A stretch of DNA of 64,000 nt from an uncultured Ignavibacteriaceae bacterium (GTDB lineage: Bacteria > Bacteroidota > Ignavibacteria > UBA10030): NCBI GenBank assembly GCA_964651225.1, contig CAZYYD010000022.1, positions 2,131 through 66,130 on the forward strand, read 5' to 3'. The notes beneath the pieces were generated by a model. The model searched no databases and was not told where the DNA came from. It worked only from the letters and a program-made list of their open reading frames with translations. Shown here in pieces: positions 17,122 through 27,317 of this stretch. A program made the translations under genes and the position numbers. Within the stretch, counting starts at the first letter, position 1, and the number at the start of each line of letters is the position of its first letter.

Positions 17122-18409
17122 AGTTATCTATCTGCTGGTGGCTTCTGGTAGTTCTGAAAGCGAAATATCCTTCGGTGTAAGGCTGCTTGTCTGTATAATC
17201 AAAATAGGGCATACCGTTCAGGAAGAATTGCGTACGACCTTCGTTTACGATGATCATAATCTTGTAGAGCGTGTTGCCCTGTAACAGATGGTCCGCATCT
17301 GTATACTCCTCGATCACTGGTTTTTCTCCGCGGTGATCATATTTTCTGAATCGCGTCGTTCTATTATCGTGCCCGCCTATGCCGGCATAATATAGATTGA
17401 GATTGTCATAGGAGGAGAACTTCCCGGAGCGCGTGAAGATATTTTCGTTCTGCGGATCAGTGGCCATCCAGAAGGCATTCAAATCCGAGACGCGGTCATG
17501 GATCCCCCCTGCATCTTGAACGATCACATCATAGGTTATCATAACGCTGCCTGAAAGCTTTTCTTTGAACCAAACCGTAGCGCCGGCAGATGAGCTGATA
17601 TCGAGGATACCCTTCTCCACTCTTACCGTGGATGTTGAAGGATCTTCACATTCTGCAATCCAGCGAGTATTCTGCTTTTGAAAATCATCGGAGAAGAGCA
17701 ATTCTTTGACGCGGTATCCGACCTTTGTGCGGGAAGAGACGCCTAGAAATTCGGATGGTCGTAATGCCCGGCGCGACAGACGAACGGTTCTGATTGCTCC
17801 TTTGAAAAATGACCGTTTATCCATTCTCATGCCGAGTGAAATATAAGCACTATCAACCGGAATATAGCTGACAGACCCGCTCATCTCTTTGACGCCGTTG
17901 ACATAATGAGCAGCAACACCATTTGTATAAACAAATGCAATATGATACCAACGATTCATAGGATGCGGGTAATCCTTAGCCAGAGAGGTGAGATGCGTTG
18001 AGTCCGCTCTGATATGAGTATCGACAGACCACCCATTGTTCGCATTCAACCGAAGCTCAAGAAGAATGCGCCGACTTTCAAGGCTTGGTTGCTGAATATG
18101 TACAAAGCGCTGTTCGATATTATTGGGGAAAGCGGAGTCGGGTTTGAAAATGATTTCAATGGTAAATTCAGAACTTTTATTAATCGGACATCCCTGGATG
18201 ATTAACCCGTCGTCAATTCCGTTAAATATGACTGCTGTTCCTTCCGGAAACTCTTTCACCTCGGGTTTCCCGAACACCGTCACAGGATATCCACCGATAT
18301 TCGAAAGGTTGTCGATGGGCCAGGAGAAGTTCAATTGCTCTTTCTCTGTTTGTGCCCTTAAACAAATACAAGAGACGAAGAAAACGAGAGATATTTTTCC
18401 TAGACGCAT
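17087..18409 (-). CDS. Secreted two-domain concanavalin-like protein (LamG-like + YesU/DUF1961-like)
   Basis: Start trimmed to MRLGKISLVFFVSCICLRAQ. The N-terminal half is LamG-like (HIAFVYTNGVAAHYVNGV...FKGAIRTVRLSRRAL). The C-terminal half (LNLYYAGIGGHDNRTTRFRKY...GYFAFRTTRSHQQIDNFAVF) resembles B. subtilis YesU-type proteins from memory. Confidence 0.5.
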   Translation of the reverse strand: MRLGKISLVFFVSCICLRAQTEKEQLNFSWPIDNLSNIGGYPVTVFGKPEVKEFPEGTAVIFNGIDDGLIIQGCPINKSSEFTIEIIFKPDSAFPNNIEQRFVHIQQPSLESRRILLELRLNANNGWSVDTHIRADSTHLTSLAKDYPHPMNRWYHIAFVYTNGVAAHYVNGVKEMSGSVSYIPVDSAYISLGMRMDKRSFFKGAIRTVRLSRRALRPSEFLGVSSRTKVGYRVKELLFSDDFQKQNTRWIAECEDPSTSTVRVEKGILDISSSAGATVWFKEKLSGSVMITYDVIVQDAGGIHDRVSDLNAFWMATDPQNENIFTRSGKFSSYDNLNLYYAGIGGHDNRTTRFRKYDHRGEKPVIEEYTDADHLLQGNTLYKIMIIVNEGRTQFFLNGMPYFDYTDKQPYTEGYFAFRTTRSHQQIDNFAVFRIMPENK

Positions 18410-18540
18410 AGAGAGTTCTTTCCATGAGATTGGCGTTTGCCATTGATTTTGATGATGAGAATTACTTGAAAAGAATGTAAAGAATCTTCCTATCAGGTGG
18501 ATCATTCCCATAGTACTCTTCCCTCTCATGTCTGACTGGA

Positions 18541-19671
18541 TTAACGATTATTCATTGATATCTTTTCCAGCAATTTAAAGAAATCTTTTTTCCTCTGAGA
18601 TGATATGCCCCAGTCGACCGGAATGCTTTGATATCCTTCATGAAATGTTGAATCACCGTTCCTCAATGTTTCGCCTCTTTTCCGGAAATCAAAAAATCCC
18701 CATGAAGCACCGGCTTTGAACGCATTGATCATATTATTGATCGGTTTGTCGAAATCGTAATGATCGTCCTCGTTGAAGAGGATGGGCATGGGACGATAGC
18801 CAGAGACCGTTCGGGTCGACTCCACCATGGCCGTGATCCCTTCAGGGGTGTTTACACCATTTCCATGGAGAAGGAGAAAATCGGAAACCTTGACGACTTC
18901 GGGAGGAGGGATGTGACCCCCGGTGTAACTCGTAGAAACATAAAATCTGTATCCTGATTCCGGATCCTTCCTACTTTTCACGAGTTCGATCAGTTCGTGC
19001 ACTCTGTCCGGTTTGAGAATAGCATGATCATATGACTTGCCGTTGCATTCGTTGTCGATCTCAAGAAGGACATTCCTGAATCTTTTTTCGAACAACCATT
19101 GCAGAGTATTATCGACAGCATTGATCACCGCTGTTTCATGGTCAAGGTATTCGTCCTGACCAAAATAGAATAATCCAAGAATCACGATCATCCCCAGATC
19201 GTCTGCCTTGGAAAGTATTCGTTCAAGTCTCCTGAAATAATCATCCCGTAATTTTCCATTCTGGAAATATCCGGGATTGATCCATCCCTTATTGCCGTAT
19301 CCGGTCGGGCTTCCTCCCTGAATATTCAAGGAAACTGCCAGCAGCCCATGCCGGCGCCATTCGGGCATGGCGACAATGAATTCATCTGTGTTTCGATCAG
19401 CATCCCATTCACCCGTATCAGGATATTTCCACAGATGCCGTGTTTCCGGATTGAGGTCATCGAAAATTCCTTGAACCATGCGGGAGTTAGGGAGCAGACC
19501 TTCAAGAGAAATTCCGTCCAGTGTTCTCCCCTTCAGTGTGATTTCACCGTTGATAAAAAAGTCCTTACCATTAATGGTCACAATGGTCTTCGGCTGCGAG
19601 CCTGAGCCGGAATACCCGGAGACCAAACAGGCAAGAACGAATAACCTAGTGTGTGCAGAGAGAAATTTCAT
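18541..19671 (-). CDS. Lipoprotein, TIM-barrel glycoside hydrolase (clan GH-A-like, family unassigned)
   Basis: Lipobox VLAC. GMIVILGLFYFGQ and VLLEIDNECN resemble the strand-4 Asn-Glu acid/base motif of clan GH-A enzymes. Confidence 0.5.
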   Translation of the reverse strand: MKFLSAHTRLFVLACLVSGYSGSGSQPKTIVTINGKDFFINGEITLKGRTLDGISLEGLLPNSRMVQGIFDDLNPETRHLWKYPDTGEWDADRNTDEFIVAMPEWRRHGLLAVSLNIQGGSPTGYGNKGWINPGYFQNGKLRDDYFRRLERILSKADDLGMIVILGLFYFGQDEYLDHETAVINAVDNTLQWLFEKRFRNVLLEIDNECNGKSYDHAILKPDRVHELIELVKSRKDPESGYRFYVSTSYTGGHIPPPEVVKVSDFLLLHGNGVNTPEGITAMVESTRTVSGYRPMPILFNEDDHYDFDKPINNMINAFKAGASWGFFDFRKRGETLRNGDSTFHEGYQSIPVDWGISSQRKKDFFKLLEKISMNNR

Positions 19672-19698
19672 GGGTTCACAGACTTTTGCTAATTCTCT

Positions 19699-21450
19699 TT
19701 ATTCCATCCCCGCATATTCAAACCAATCAAAATCAGCATGATTCCTGCTTGGTGCACTATTCGATGAAGCATACATACCGATGAACGTCCCCGTAAAGCG
19801 CCCGGCCCCCGCAAGACCCAGGAAACTGCCATCCACATGTTCCTGCAGTGGGGTCCAGTCATTCCCGTTGTTCGAGAAAAGAAAGCTGTAATACACTCCC
19901 TCTGCGGCAATTTTTAAAAATTGTGCCTTCATCTCCACAACCGCCCGTGCAAGGAGTGAATCCTTCATACCTGCTTCGCCTTTTCGAACAAGACGTAAAA
20001 TAATGTCCCCGTTCTCCAATCCAAGAGTATATTTCAAATAATGGTCTTTGTCCCGTTCTACAACCAATCCGGATTCTTCATTGGGCGACATTGGTGTGAA
20101 ATCTATTTTTACCGAAGCAGAAAAATTCATATGCTCCTGCCTTTTCCCAATAAACGATGGATTCGCCTGTCCCGAAATCATTTCCGGACGGAGATCGATC
20201 CGGAGAAATCCTTTCCGGTTTACTAAGGACCACCATTGAGTTCTGGGAGTGCGAATGAACGTCCAATATGGAAGTACTATCGGAGTATCAAATTCATCCT
20301 TCGATTGCATGTTCACAAATTTGTACTCCGGTAGATTTGGTATAGGATGCGTCAGTTCACCTCGTCCTTTCATTCCTTGAGAATTCACAACCGGCCACGT
20401 TCCGCTCCAATCGACCGGGGACATGAATGTCTCTCTTCCCAGAATATGATTTTCTCCGCCATAAGGCCGCTTCGCCAAATAAACGATCCACCACTCCCCT
20501 GTTTGAGTCTGAACAAGATCGGCATGACCGGTGGAAGTAAAGTACAGCTCTTTGGATAAATCACGGTGCGTCAGTATCGGATTGGCGGGATTAATTTCAT
20601 ACGGACCGAACACACGATCACTTTTCCAGATCGATACTGCATGATTCTGGCTTGTGCCTCCATGGGCAATCATTAAGTAATACGTTCTATCTTTTTTATA
20701 GAGATGAGATGCTTCGTAGTTGTTTACCCCCGACTCGATCCCTCCATCTAACGTACCTTTTTTAAAGTATTCCGATCCGTCAAGAACGTCACTTCTTTTT
20801 CCTACCAGTTTCCAGCTTTTAATATCCAATTCCTGCACCCATATATTTCGATGCTTATCCCATTGTTTTTTCTGAGGCGTATCGTTGCCGGAGTAATACA
20901 CCTTATCGTCATCATCGAAGAACAGCGAAGGGTCAATACCGGGAGCATCGTCTATCCAATGCGGTTCGCTCCAGGGTCCAGCCGGATTATCTGTTGTAAC
21001 AATAAAGTTTCGGTGGTGCGGCATTTTCGACTGACCGATCAATGTTGTAATCATATAATACATGCCATTCTTGTAACGGATTGTCGGCGCATAGATTCCT
21101 CCCGAACAATTTATGCTGTCAAGATCCAGCTGTGAAGGACGATCGAGTACATGCCCTATCATTTCCCAATGCACAAGGTCACGGCTGTGATAGACCGGAA
21201 CACCGGGGAAGTATTCAAATGACGACGTCACCAAATAGTAGTCCCCGCCCACCCTGCAGATACTGGGATCGGGATTAAATCCGGGAATGATCGGGTTTTG
21301 ATAGACTGAATTATTCTGTTGAGACAACGCAGCCCCAGTGGAAGCAAGGAGCGCAAGCGTATAGAGTACAAGGAAGCGAACAATCGAGTAGAGGTTTAAG
21401 CAGCGCCTTCGTTTCTTCTCGGGGACGATGAATCTATTGAGGAGCATCAT
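19699..21450 (-). CDS. Glycoside hydrolase family 43 (beta-xylosidase/alpha-L-arabinofuranosidase) with C-terminal beta-sandwich
   Basis: YQNPIIPGFNPDPSICRVGGDYYLVTSSFEYFPGVPVYHSRDLVHW is a textbook GH43 N-terminus. The start is trimmed to Met34 (21450) so it no longer overlaps xylA. Confidence 0.85.
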   Translation of the reverse strand: MMLLNRFIVPEKKRRRCLNLYSIVRFLVLYTLALLASTGAALSQQNNSVYQNPIIPGFNPDPSICRVGGDYYLVTSSFEYFPGVPVYHSRDLVHWEMIGHVLDRPSQLDLDSINCSGGIYAPTIRYKNGMYYMITTLIGQSKMPHHRNFIVTTDNPAGPWSEPHWIDDAPGIDPSLFFDDDDKVYYSGNDTPQKKQWDKHRNIWVQELDIKSWKLVGKRSDVLDGSEYFKKGTLDGGIESGVNNYEASHLYKKDRTYYLMIAHGGTSQNHAVSIWKSDRVFGPYEINPANPILTHRDLSKELYFTSTGHADLVQTQTGEWWIVYLAKRPYGGENHILGRETFMSPVDWSGTWPVVNSQGMKGRGELTHPIPNLPEYKFVNMQSKDEFDTPIVLPYWTFIRTPRTQWWSLVNRKGFLRIDLRPEMISGQANPSFIGKRQEHMNFSASVKIDFTPMSPNEESGLVVERDKDHYLKYTLGLENGDIILRLVRKGEAGMKDSLLARAVVEMKAQFLKIAAEGVYYSFLFSNNGNDWTPLQEHVDGSFLGLAGAGRFTGTFIGMYASSNSAPSRNHADFDWFEYAGME

Positions 21451-21484
21451 TGTTCTGTGTTCACATGGATTTTTCAGATATAGC

Positions 21485-22813
21485 TCAACTGAACATGGTG
21501 ATAATCTGTTCATATAATTCCTGTTTCCCGCTTCGCTGCACTGGCTCACCGCTCTTCAAGGCGATCTGACGCAATGCTTCTAACGTTAATTCTCCTTTTT
21601 CAAAACGGGCGCCGTCACCGCTTTCAAATGAAGCATATCTCTCTTTTCTCAATTTCTTATAAGGAGATTCGCTCAGGATTTTTTCTGCAATGAGCAGCGA
21701 ACGCGCAAAAACATCCATTGCAGTAATGTGTGCGATAAAAAGGTCTTCATGGTCAGTGGAGTTGCGTCGCACTTTTGCATCAAAGTTGACGCCTCCTTTT
21801 CCAAACCCGCCCGCTTCCATGATCACAAGCATCGCTTCGATCATCTCGTAAAGATTAATTGTGAACTGGTCTGTATCCCACCCATTTTGATAGTCGCCCC
21901 GATTTGCATCAATGCTTCCGAATAAGCCTGCATCGACCGCCGACTGAATTTCATGCTGGAACGTATGACCCGCGAGTGTTGCATGGTTGACTTCAATATT
22001 GAGTTTAAAATCCTTTGCCAATCCATAGTGCCGCAAGAATCCAATGACCGTCTCAACATCAAAATCGTATTGATGTTTGGAGGGTTCCATCGGTTTTGGT
22101 TCGATCAGAAATGCTCCGGAAAATCCGTTCTTCCGCCCATAATCCCTTGCAATCGAAAGAAATTGTGCAAGGTGCTCTTTTTCCCGTTTCATGTCGGTGT
22201 TGAGAAGGGACATATACCCTTCGCGTCCTCCCCAGAAAACATAGTTCTCCCCGCCGAGTTCTATCGTCGCATCGAGAGTTCGTTTCACCTGGGATGCGGC
22301 ATAGGCAACCACGGGAAAGTCAGGGTTGGTTGCGGCACCGTTCATGTAACGGGGATGAGAAAACAAATTTGATGTTCCCCACAGGAGCTTAACACCGGAT
22401 GCTTTTTGTTTCTCTTTTGCATAGTCAACCATACCCTGAAATCTCTCATCGTATTCCGTGATCGTTTCCGCTTCTTCCATAATGTCCGTATCGTGAAAAC
22501 AATAGAACGGGATTCCTATTTTTGTGAAAAACTCGAACGCGGCATCCATCTTTGCTTTTCCGCGCGAGATGGCATCCGGTTCATGATTCCACGGGAGGTC
22601 TTTTGTTCCGGGGCCGAACGGATCACCCCCCGTTCCGCAGAAGCTGTGCCAGTACGCTGTGGCAAACCGGAAATATTCTTTCATACTTTTTCCGGCGACC
22701 ATGTGCCGCTCATCATACCATTTGAACGCCAGAGGATTGCGTGACTCACTCCCCTCATATTCTATTTTCCCTATCCCCTTGAAGTATTCCTTGTTCCCGA
22801 TCAGGTATTCCAT
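21485..22813 (-). CDS. xylA: Xylose isomerase
   Basis: 442 aa with [43 protein letters not shown] and IEPKPMEP. Confidence 0.95.
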   Translation of the reverse strand: MEYLIGNKEYFKGIGKIEYEGSESRNPLAFKWYDERHMVAGKSMKEYFRFATAYWHSFCGTGGDPFGPGTKDLPWNHEPDAISRGKAKMDAAFEFFTKIGIPFYCFHDTDIMEEAETITEYDERFQGMVDYAKEKQKASGVKLLWGTSNLFSHPRYMNGAATNPDFPVVAYAASQVKRTLDATIELGGENYVFWGGREGYMSLLNTDMKREKEHLAQFLSIARDYGRKNGFSGAFLIEPKPMEPSKHQYDFDVETVIGFLRHYGLAKDFKLNIEVNHATLAGHTFQHEIQSAVDAGLFGSIDANRGDYQNGWDTDQFTINLYEMIEAMLVIMEAGGFGKGGVNFDAKVRRNSTDHEDLFIAHITAMDVFARSLLIAEKILSESPYKKLRKERYASFESGDGARFEKGELTLEALRQIALKSGEPVQRSGKQELYEQIITMFS

Positions 22814-22867
22814 GATTCACCTCATGTGCAGGTTATTCTCTTCCATCTAGAACACACGCAGAGTATT

Positions 22868-24349
22868 TTACAAACACATCTTCAGTTTCATCAGCCAGGC
22901 ATCGTAGGCGCACACAATTCTCTCAGACTCTTCTTCATGCGGATGTATTTCGTCTATTTTGTGCAGTGATTTCAAGCCCTCTGCATACGAGGCAGCATAA
23001 CCCGCACCAACCGCAGCACCGCGCGCCGCTCCCTGCGCACCGTCCGTATCGTATAATTCAATAGATGCACCAATCAGGGTCGAAAGTGTCTGCACAAAGA
23101 CAGGACTCAGAAACATATTTGCCTTGCCTGCGCGGAGAACTTTCATTTCCAGTCCCATCTTGCTCATGAGGTCAATTCCATATTTGAATGAGAAGGCGAT
23201 TCCCTCCTGAGCAGCTCGATAGAGATGAGCGTGGGTGTGCCGGTTAAAATCGACACCGAACACCTGACATCCGATATTTTTATTCTCCAGCATACGTTCT
23301 GCACCGTTGCCAAAGGGAAGAATTGATATTCCTTCAGAACCCATGGGGATGCAAGAGGCAAGGTGATTCATCTCTTCGTAGGTTACCGCACTCCCGATAT
23401 ATTTTCGCAGCCAGGAATTCAAAATTCCCGTCCCATTGATACAGAGTAAAACTCCTAGACGTGTTTGCCGGTCGGTATGATTCACATGAGCAAATGAATT
23501 CACTCTCGAGAGTGGATCATAGTTAACGTTATCCATTACGCCGTAGACGACACCGGAAGTTCCGGCGGTTGCTGCGGTTTCTCCTGGTTGTAACACGTTC
23601 AGAGAAAAAGCATTATTCAGCTGATCACCAGCGCGATAGGATACCGGGGTTCCCTTGATCAAGCCGAGGTCTTGAGCGGAAAATTTCGTAAGGAACCCTT
23701 GAATGGAAAATGTCGGATGAAGCACCGGTAAAAGCTCGCGATCGATATCATAGATCGTGAGTATATCTTCTGAGACGGTATTGTTCCTGAAATCCCAAAA
23801 TATTCCTTCTGATAACCCTGAGAGTGTCGTCGAAATTTCTCCTGTGAGTTTCATTGCGATAAAATCGCCCGGCAGCATCGCCTTGTGAATTTTTTTATAC
23901 AGATCCGGCTCGTTTTCTCTTACCCAGCGAAGTTTCGATGCAGTAAAATTTCCGGGAGCATTGAGGAGATGCTGAAGACAATATTCTGACCCTAAGGCAT
24001 TGAGTGCTGAATCTCCGATTCCTACGGCACGGCTGTCGCACCAGATGATCGATGAACGAAGCACGCGGCAGTTTTCGTCCACGACTACCAGACCATGCAT
24101 TTGATAGGAAATACCAATAGATCGTATTGCCGCAGCATCAATGCGGTTTTTCTGAACCAGCTCGCGTGTGAGTGTTTTCAGATGATCCCACCAAAGTTCA
24201 GGATCCTGTTCTGCCCAACCGGGTTGAGGAGAATGTATTTTCATTTCCTCCGAAGGATACGATCCATGAGCCGCAACGGTTCCCGACTCTACGTCGAGAA
24301 TGGAGCACTTGATAAACGAACTGCCGATGTCATACCCGAGAGACAGCAT
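22868..24349 (-). CDS. xylB: Xylulokinase (FGGY carbohydrate kinase)
   Basis: 493 aa with LGYDIGSSFIKCSILD at the N-terminus and the FGGY C-terminal pattern GGAERM...GAARGAAVGAG. It is adjacent to xylA. Confidence 0.85.
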   Translation of the reverse strand: MLSLGYDIGSSFIKCSILDVESGTVAAHGSYPSEEMKIHSPQPGWAEQDPELWWDHLKTLTRELVQKNRIDAAAIRSIGISYQMHGLVVVDENCRVLRSSIIWCDSRAVGIGDSALNALGSEYCLQHLLNAPGNFTASKLRWVRENEPDLYKKIHKAMLPGDFIAMKLTGEISTTLSGLSEGIFWDFRNNTVSEDILTIYDIDRELLPVLHPTFSIQGFLTKFSAQDLGLIKGTPVSYRAGDQLNNAFSLNVLQPGETAATAGTSGVVYGVMDNVNYDPLSRVNSFAHVNHTDRQTRLGVLLCINGTGILNSWLRKYIGSAVTYEEMNHLASCIPMGSEGISILPFGNGAERMLENKNIGCQVFGVDFNRHTHAHLYRAAQEGIAFSFKYGIDLMSKMGLEMKVLRAGKANMFLSPVFVQTLSTLIGASIELYDTDGAQGAARGAAVGAGYAASYAEGLKSLHKIDEIHPHEEESERIVCAYDAWLMKLKMCL

Positions 24350-24352
24350 TGT

Positions 24353-25978
24353 TTATCCCGCTACACCAAGGGGTGAAAAGTATATAAACACTCCAATAAT
24401 GAAGGCAACAACAAACAACGACAAGAGAAGATCAGTTGTTGTCCAGCTTGCTCGGGATTTTGCCTTATCCTCTGCAACCGTTGTTGCGTAGGTCAGTCCG
24501 TTAAGCTGTTCGGCAGATGGCTTCTCAGTGAATATACTGACAATGATTAACACAGCGATGCTGAAGATGAAAAGGAAAATGCAAAAATAAAGGAAGTTCA
24601 ATGCTGCAAATGCATAGAGCACTCCGGTGAGTGAGTCTTTGTTGAGTTCCAGGACGATTCTCACCATACCGACAACGAACCCGCTGATCAATGCAGAGAG
24701 TGCACCTTTCCCGTTGATGCGCTGAGAAAAAACACCCAGCAAAAAGACTGCAGCGATCGGCGGTGCAAGATACGATTGTACGCTCTGCAGATATTGATAC
24801 AGCACTCCGGATATTCCCTTCATCAGCGGAATCCAGAGAATACCCAGCAGTACGACAACGCCGGTTGCAATTCTGCCCACGAGGACTAACTGCTGTTCCG
24901 ATGTCTGAGGTTTTATTTTTTTATACACATCAATGGTGAAGAGCGTCGAACAAGAATTGAAAACGGAAGCAAGCGAGCTCATCAGCGCGGCCAACAGTCC
25001 CCCGGCAACCAACCCCCTCAGCCCGATCGGCAAGAGCGATTTTACCATGACCGGAAATGCCTGATCCGCCTGTGCCAACTCAATTTTTCCGGTCGCCGCG
25101 AGTGCGGCAGCAATAAGGCCGGGAATAAGAAAAATAAAGAAGGGGAACAATTTGAGATATGCTGCAAATATTGTCCCCCGCCGGGCTTCAGTTTCGCTGC
25201 GCGCGGCAAGAGTTCGCTGGACGATATACTGATCCGTACACCAATACCAGATACCAACGATCGGCGATGAAACGAGGATTCCCAGCCACGGATATTTCGG
25301 ATCGGAGAGCGGAAGAAACATGTTTAACTTTTCTTTCGGCACGGAGGAAATCATGGCATCCCACCCTCCTAATTGGACCAACCCCACGATAGTGAGAAAG
25401 AGAGAACCGAGAATAAGGACCATGGCCTGAAGCGCTTCGGTGTACATGACCGCTCGCATGCCCCCCAGCACGGTATAGATGCCTGTCAATAAAACAAGGA
25501 TCAATGCGCCGGTCCAAAAATCTATCCCGAGAAACGATGTGATCACAATCGCGCCTGCATACACTGTTACCGAAACTTTGGTCATCACATAGCTGACGAG
25601 AGAAATAACCGACAAAAACCAGCGGGATTTCTCATTATAGCGCCGCTCCAGGAACTCCGGCATGGTGAAGACTTTGCTGCGCAGATAAAAAGGGACAAAC
25701 ACCCAACCGAGGAGCAAGGCGATCCACGAATGAAGCTCGTAATGTCCCATCACAAGTCCGGAACTCGCCCCTGTCCCTGCAAGCCCGACGACATGCTCCG
25801 AGCCGACATTCGACGCAAGAATCGACGTCCCGATGACAAACCATCCTAGGTTTCTATCGGCAAGAAAATACTCCTGCGTGGAGTCTTTTTTCTTTTTCAT
25901 GGACCAAGCCGATATTCCGGCTATAACAAGGAAATAAAGAATGACAACCAGCCAGTCTATGATTCCGAGAAATTCCAT
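24353..25978 (-). CDS. SSF (SGLT-like) sodium/sugar symporter
   Basis: Start trimmed to MEFLGIIDWLVVILYF (ATG at 25978, GGAAGGGAAG upstream). FLADRNLGWFVIGTSILASNVGSEHVVGLAG is typical of SGLT-type SSF transporters. Confidence 0.85.
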   Translation of the reverse strand: MEFLGIIDWLVVILYFLVIAGISAWSMKKKKDSTQEYFLADRNLGWFVIGTSILASNVGSEHVVGLAGTGASSGLVMGHYELHSWIALLLGWVFVPFYLRSKVFTMPEFLERRYNEKSRWFLSVISLVSYVMTKVSVTVYAGAIVITSFLGIDFWTGALILVLLTGIYTVLGGMRAVMYTEALQAMVLILGSLFLTIVGLVQLGGWDAMISSVPKEKLNMFLPLSDPKYPWLGILVSSPIVGIWYWCTDQYIVQRTLAARSETEARRGTIFAAYLKLFPFFIFLIPGLIAAALAATGKIELAQADQAFPVMVKSLLPIGLRGLVAGGLLAALMSSLASVFNSCSTLFTIDVYKKIKPQTSEQQLVLVGRIATGVVVLLGILWIPLMKGISGVLYQYLQSVQSYLAPPIAAVFLLGVFSQRINGKGALSALISGFVVGMVRIVLELNKDSLTGVLYAFAALNFLYFCIFLFIFSIAVLIIVSIFTEKPSAEQLNGLTYATTVAEDKAKSRASWTTTDLLLSLFVVAFIIGVFIYFSPLGVAG

Positions 25979-26419
25979 CGTTCTTCCCTTCCTGGTTCTT
26001 TTGTGAGTGATGATAATAAAAACGCTTTGGGAGGAAAATACCTTTCTCCGGCCTTCCATGCTAAGCAACTATTAAAAAAGTCTTTCTTTATCATGGGACC
26101 AAATGAACTTTTCTGTATTTTTGAAATATAGAGGAGGTGCGTTCCATCTGATGAAATATGTATCTAAAGATAAAAGAATCAACTGAGGAATCAGTGTGTT
26201 GAAGAAGATACCAGCATCAAAGGAAATATTCAACCTGAGGGAGAAAATACTTTCGAGAGAAAAGGCGGGAAGCATCGAAGAATTTCACGATGCAAGAGGA
26301 AGAAACACGGATTAAAATTCCTGTAGAGTGAAGATGAAGATGCTTCTATTATTCTTCATCAGAAGTCTGGTCAATTTCGACATACATTAAAAAAGCTGTC
26401 CGAAATTCAAATAAAAACC

Positions 26420-26457
26420 GGTTGTTTCATTGCCAAATCCCAAATTGGCACGAACAA
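26420..26457. promoter_or_regulatory. Long imperfect palindrome sharing GTTGTTTCA with the ROK operator candidate
   Basis: GGTTGTTTCATTGCCAAAT-CCC-AAATTGGCACGAACAA. The inner arms TGCCAA/TTGGCA and outer arms TTGTT/AACAA are both perfect. It lies ~450 nt upstream of the SSF-xylB-xylA operon start. Confidence 0.3.
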
Positions 26458-26484
26458 TAAAAGTGTCCAAATATAGACGGAGGA

Positions 26485-26635
26485 CCCCCCATAGGTTGGG
26501 AGGGAGATTATCTCCCGACCATACAATCTACGTTGGCAATTCTATTCAGGAGTATACTTGTCCGCCATGTTTTCTGGCGGAACTCCTTCACAACGGTGGT
26601 TCCAAAGCGGGATTCAGGAAAGCGGAACCGTCAAC
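26485..26635. repeat. Composite intergenic element, copy 3 (block G + block H with nested hairpin + degenerate second block H)
   Basis: Block G is CCCCCCATAGGTTGGGAGGGAGATTATCTCCCGAC (26485-26519). Block H is ATTCAGGAGTA-[CCGCCA..TGGCGG hairpin]-ACTCCTTCACAACGG (26544-26595). A degenerate GATTCAGGAAAGCGGAACCGTCAAC follows at 26611-26635. Confidence 0.6.
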
Positions 26636-26763
26636 CGGGACAAGTTCGGGGTGGCAAAACAAGCATCATTCCTTTTTGTATAAAACTGTCATAAGTGGCC
26701 ATATTTGATGTAACTTTCAAGCCGGGTCAGCATGACATTTTCGAAGACTCAATGGAGACTGTA

Positions 26764-27315
26764 CTACTTATTCAGAGTGGGGGGAAATATCTTGGCCTGC
26801 CAGTAGGATCTGAGATAATCATCATGAAACATTACGCTGTTCTCCATCATCGCTTGAATGGATAATGATTTGATATATTTCAGACTATCTGGATGTACCG
26901 GAACTCCAAACGAACGTCCGAGACTATCGAAGTACATGAAATAAAATTTTCTAAAATTTCGCCCTGCTGGTAATGCTGTCCCTCCGTTTACCGTTCTCTT
27001 GAGGTAGAATTTTGGTGATGAGGGTATAAGATCAAGGTAGTATCTGACTCGGTCAGGAGATCCATCGTTATTAATATCGGCCCATACTTCAACCTTGCTT
27101 GTCTCTGCAATTGTAAAAGACGTCACTGAAGAATTATACCCCGCCTGTCTCATATCGGAAGAGAATGTAAAGGTGGTTGTACTGAGCTCCCCCTCCAGGT
27201 TTGCCTTTTCCGTATGCTCGTTCAGCAAGCCTTGCAGTAAAAACATCGCCTGGAGAATGATGAGGATGATAGCTCCCTTAATAATGTACGATTGGATAAT
27301 ATCAAAGAGAATCAT
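26764..27315 (-). CDS. Pseudopilin-like protein (PilW/GspJ-like pattern), non-canonical N-terminus
   Basis: A single N-terminal hydrophobic helix (KGAIILIILQAMFLL). VRYYLDLIPSSPKFYLKRTVNGG...FRKFYFMYFDSLG resembles the J-type minor pseudopilin pattern. There is no Glu at +5. Confidence 0.4.
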   Translation of the reverse strand: MILFDIIQSYIIKGAIILIILQAMFLLQGLLNEHTEKANLEGELSTTTFTFSSDMRQAGYNSSVTSFTIAETSKVEVWADINNDGSPDRVRYYLDLIPSSPKFYLKRTVNGGTALPAGRNFRKFYFMYFDSLGRSFGVPVHPDSLKYIKSLSIQAMMENSVMFHDDYLRSYWQAKIFPPTLNK

Positions 27316-27317
27316 AA

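Noticed and set aside
25979-26068. N-terminal extensions of several track ORFs (26068, 21549, 18529, 16518, 12489, 37805, 51197, 58121, 38690, 31373).
   Set aside because: The extensions overlap upstream genes or terminators and encode non-homologous residues. Internal ATGs with Shine-Dalgarno-like sequences give proper signal peptides or family N-termini, so I trimmed the starts. The exact starts remain predictions.
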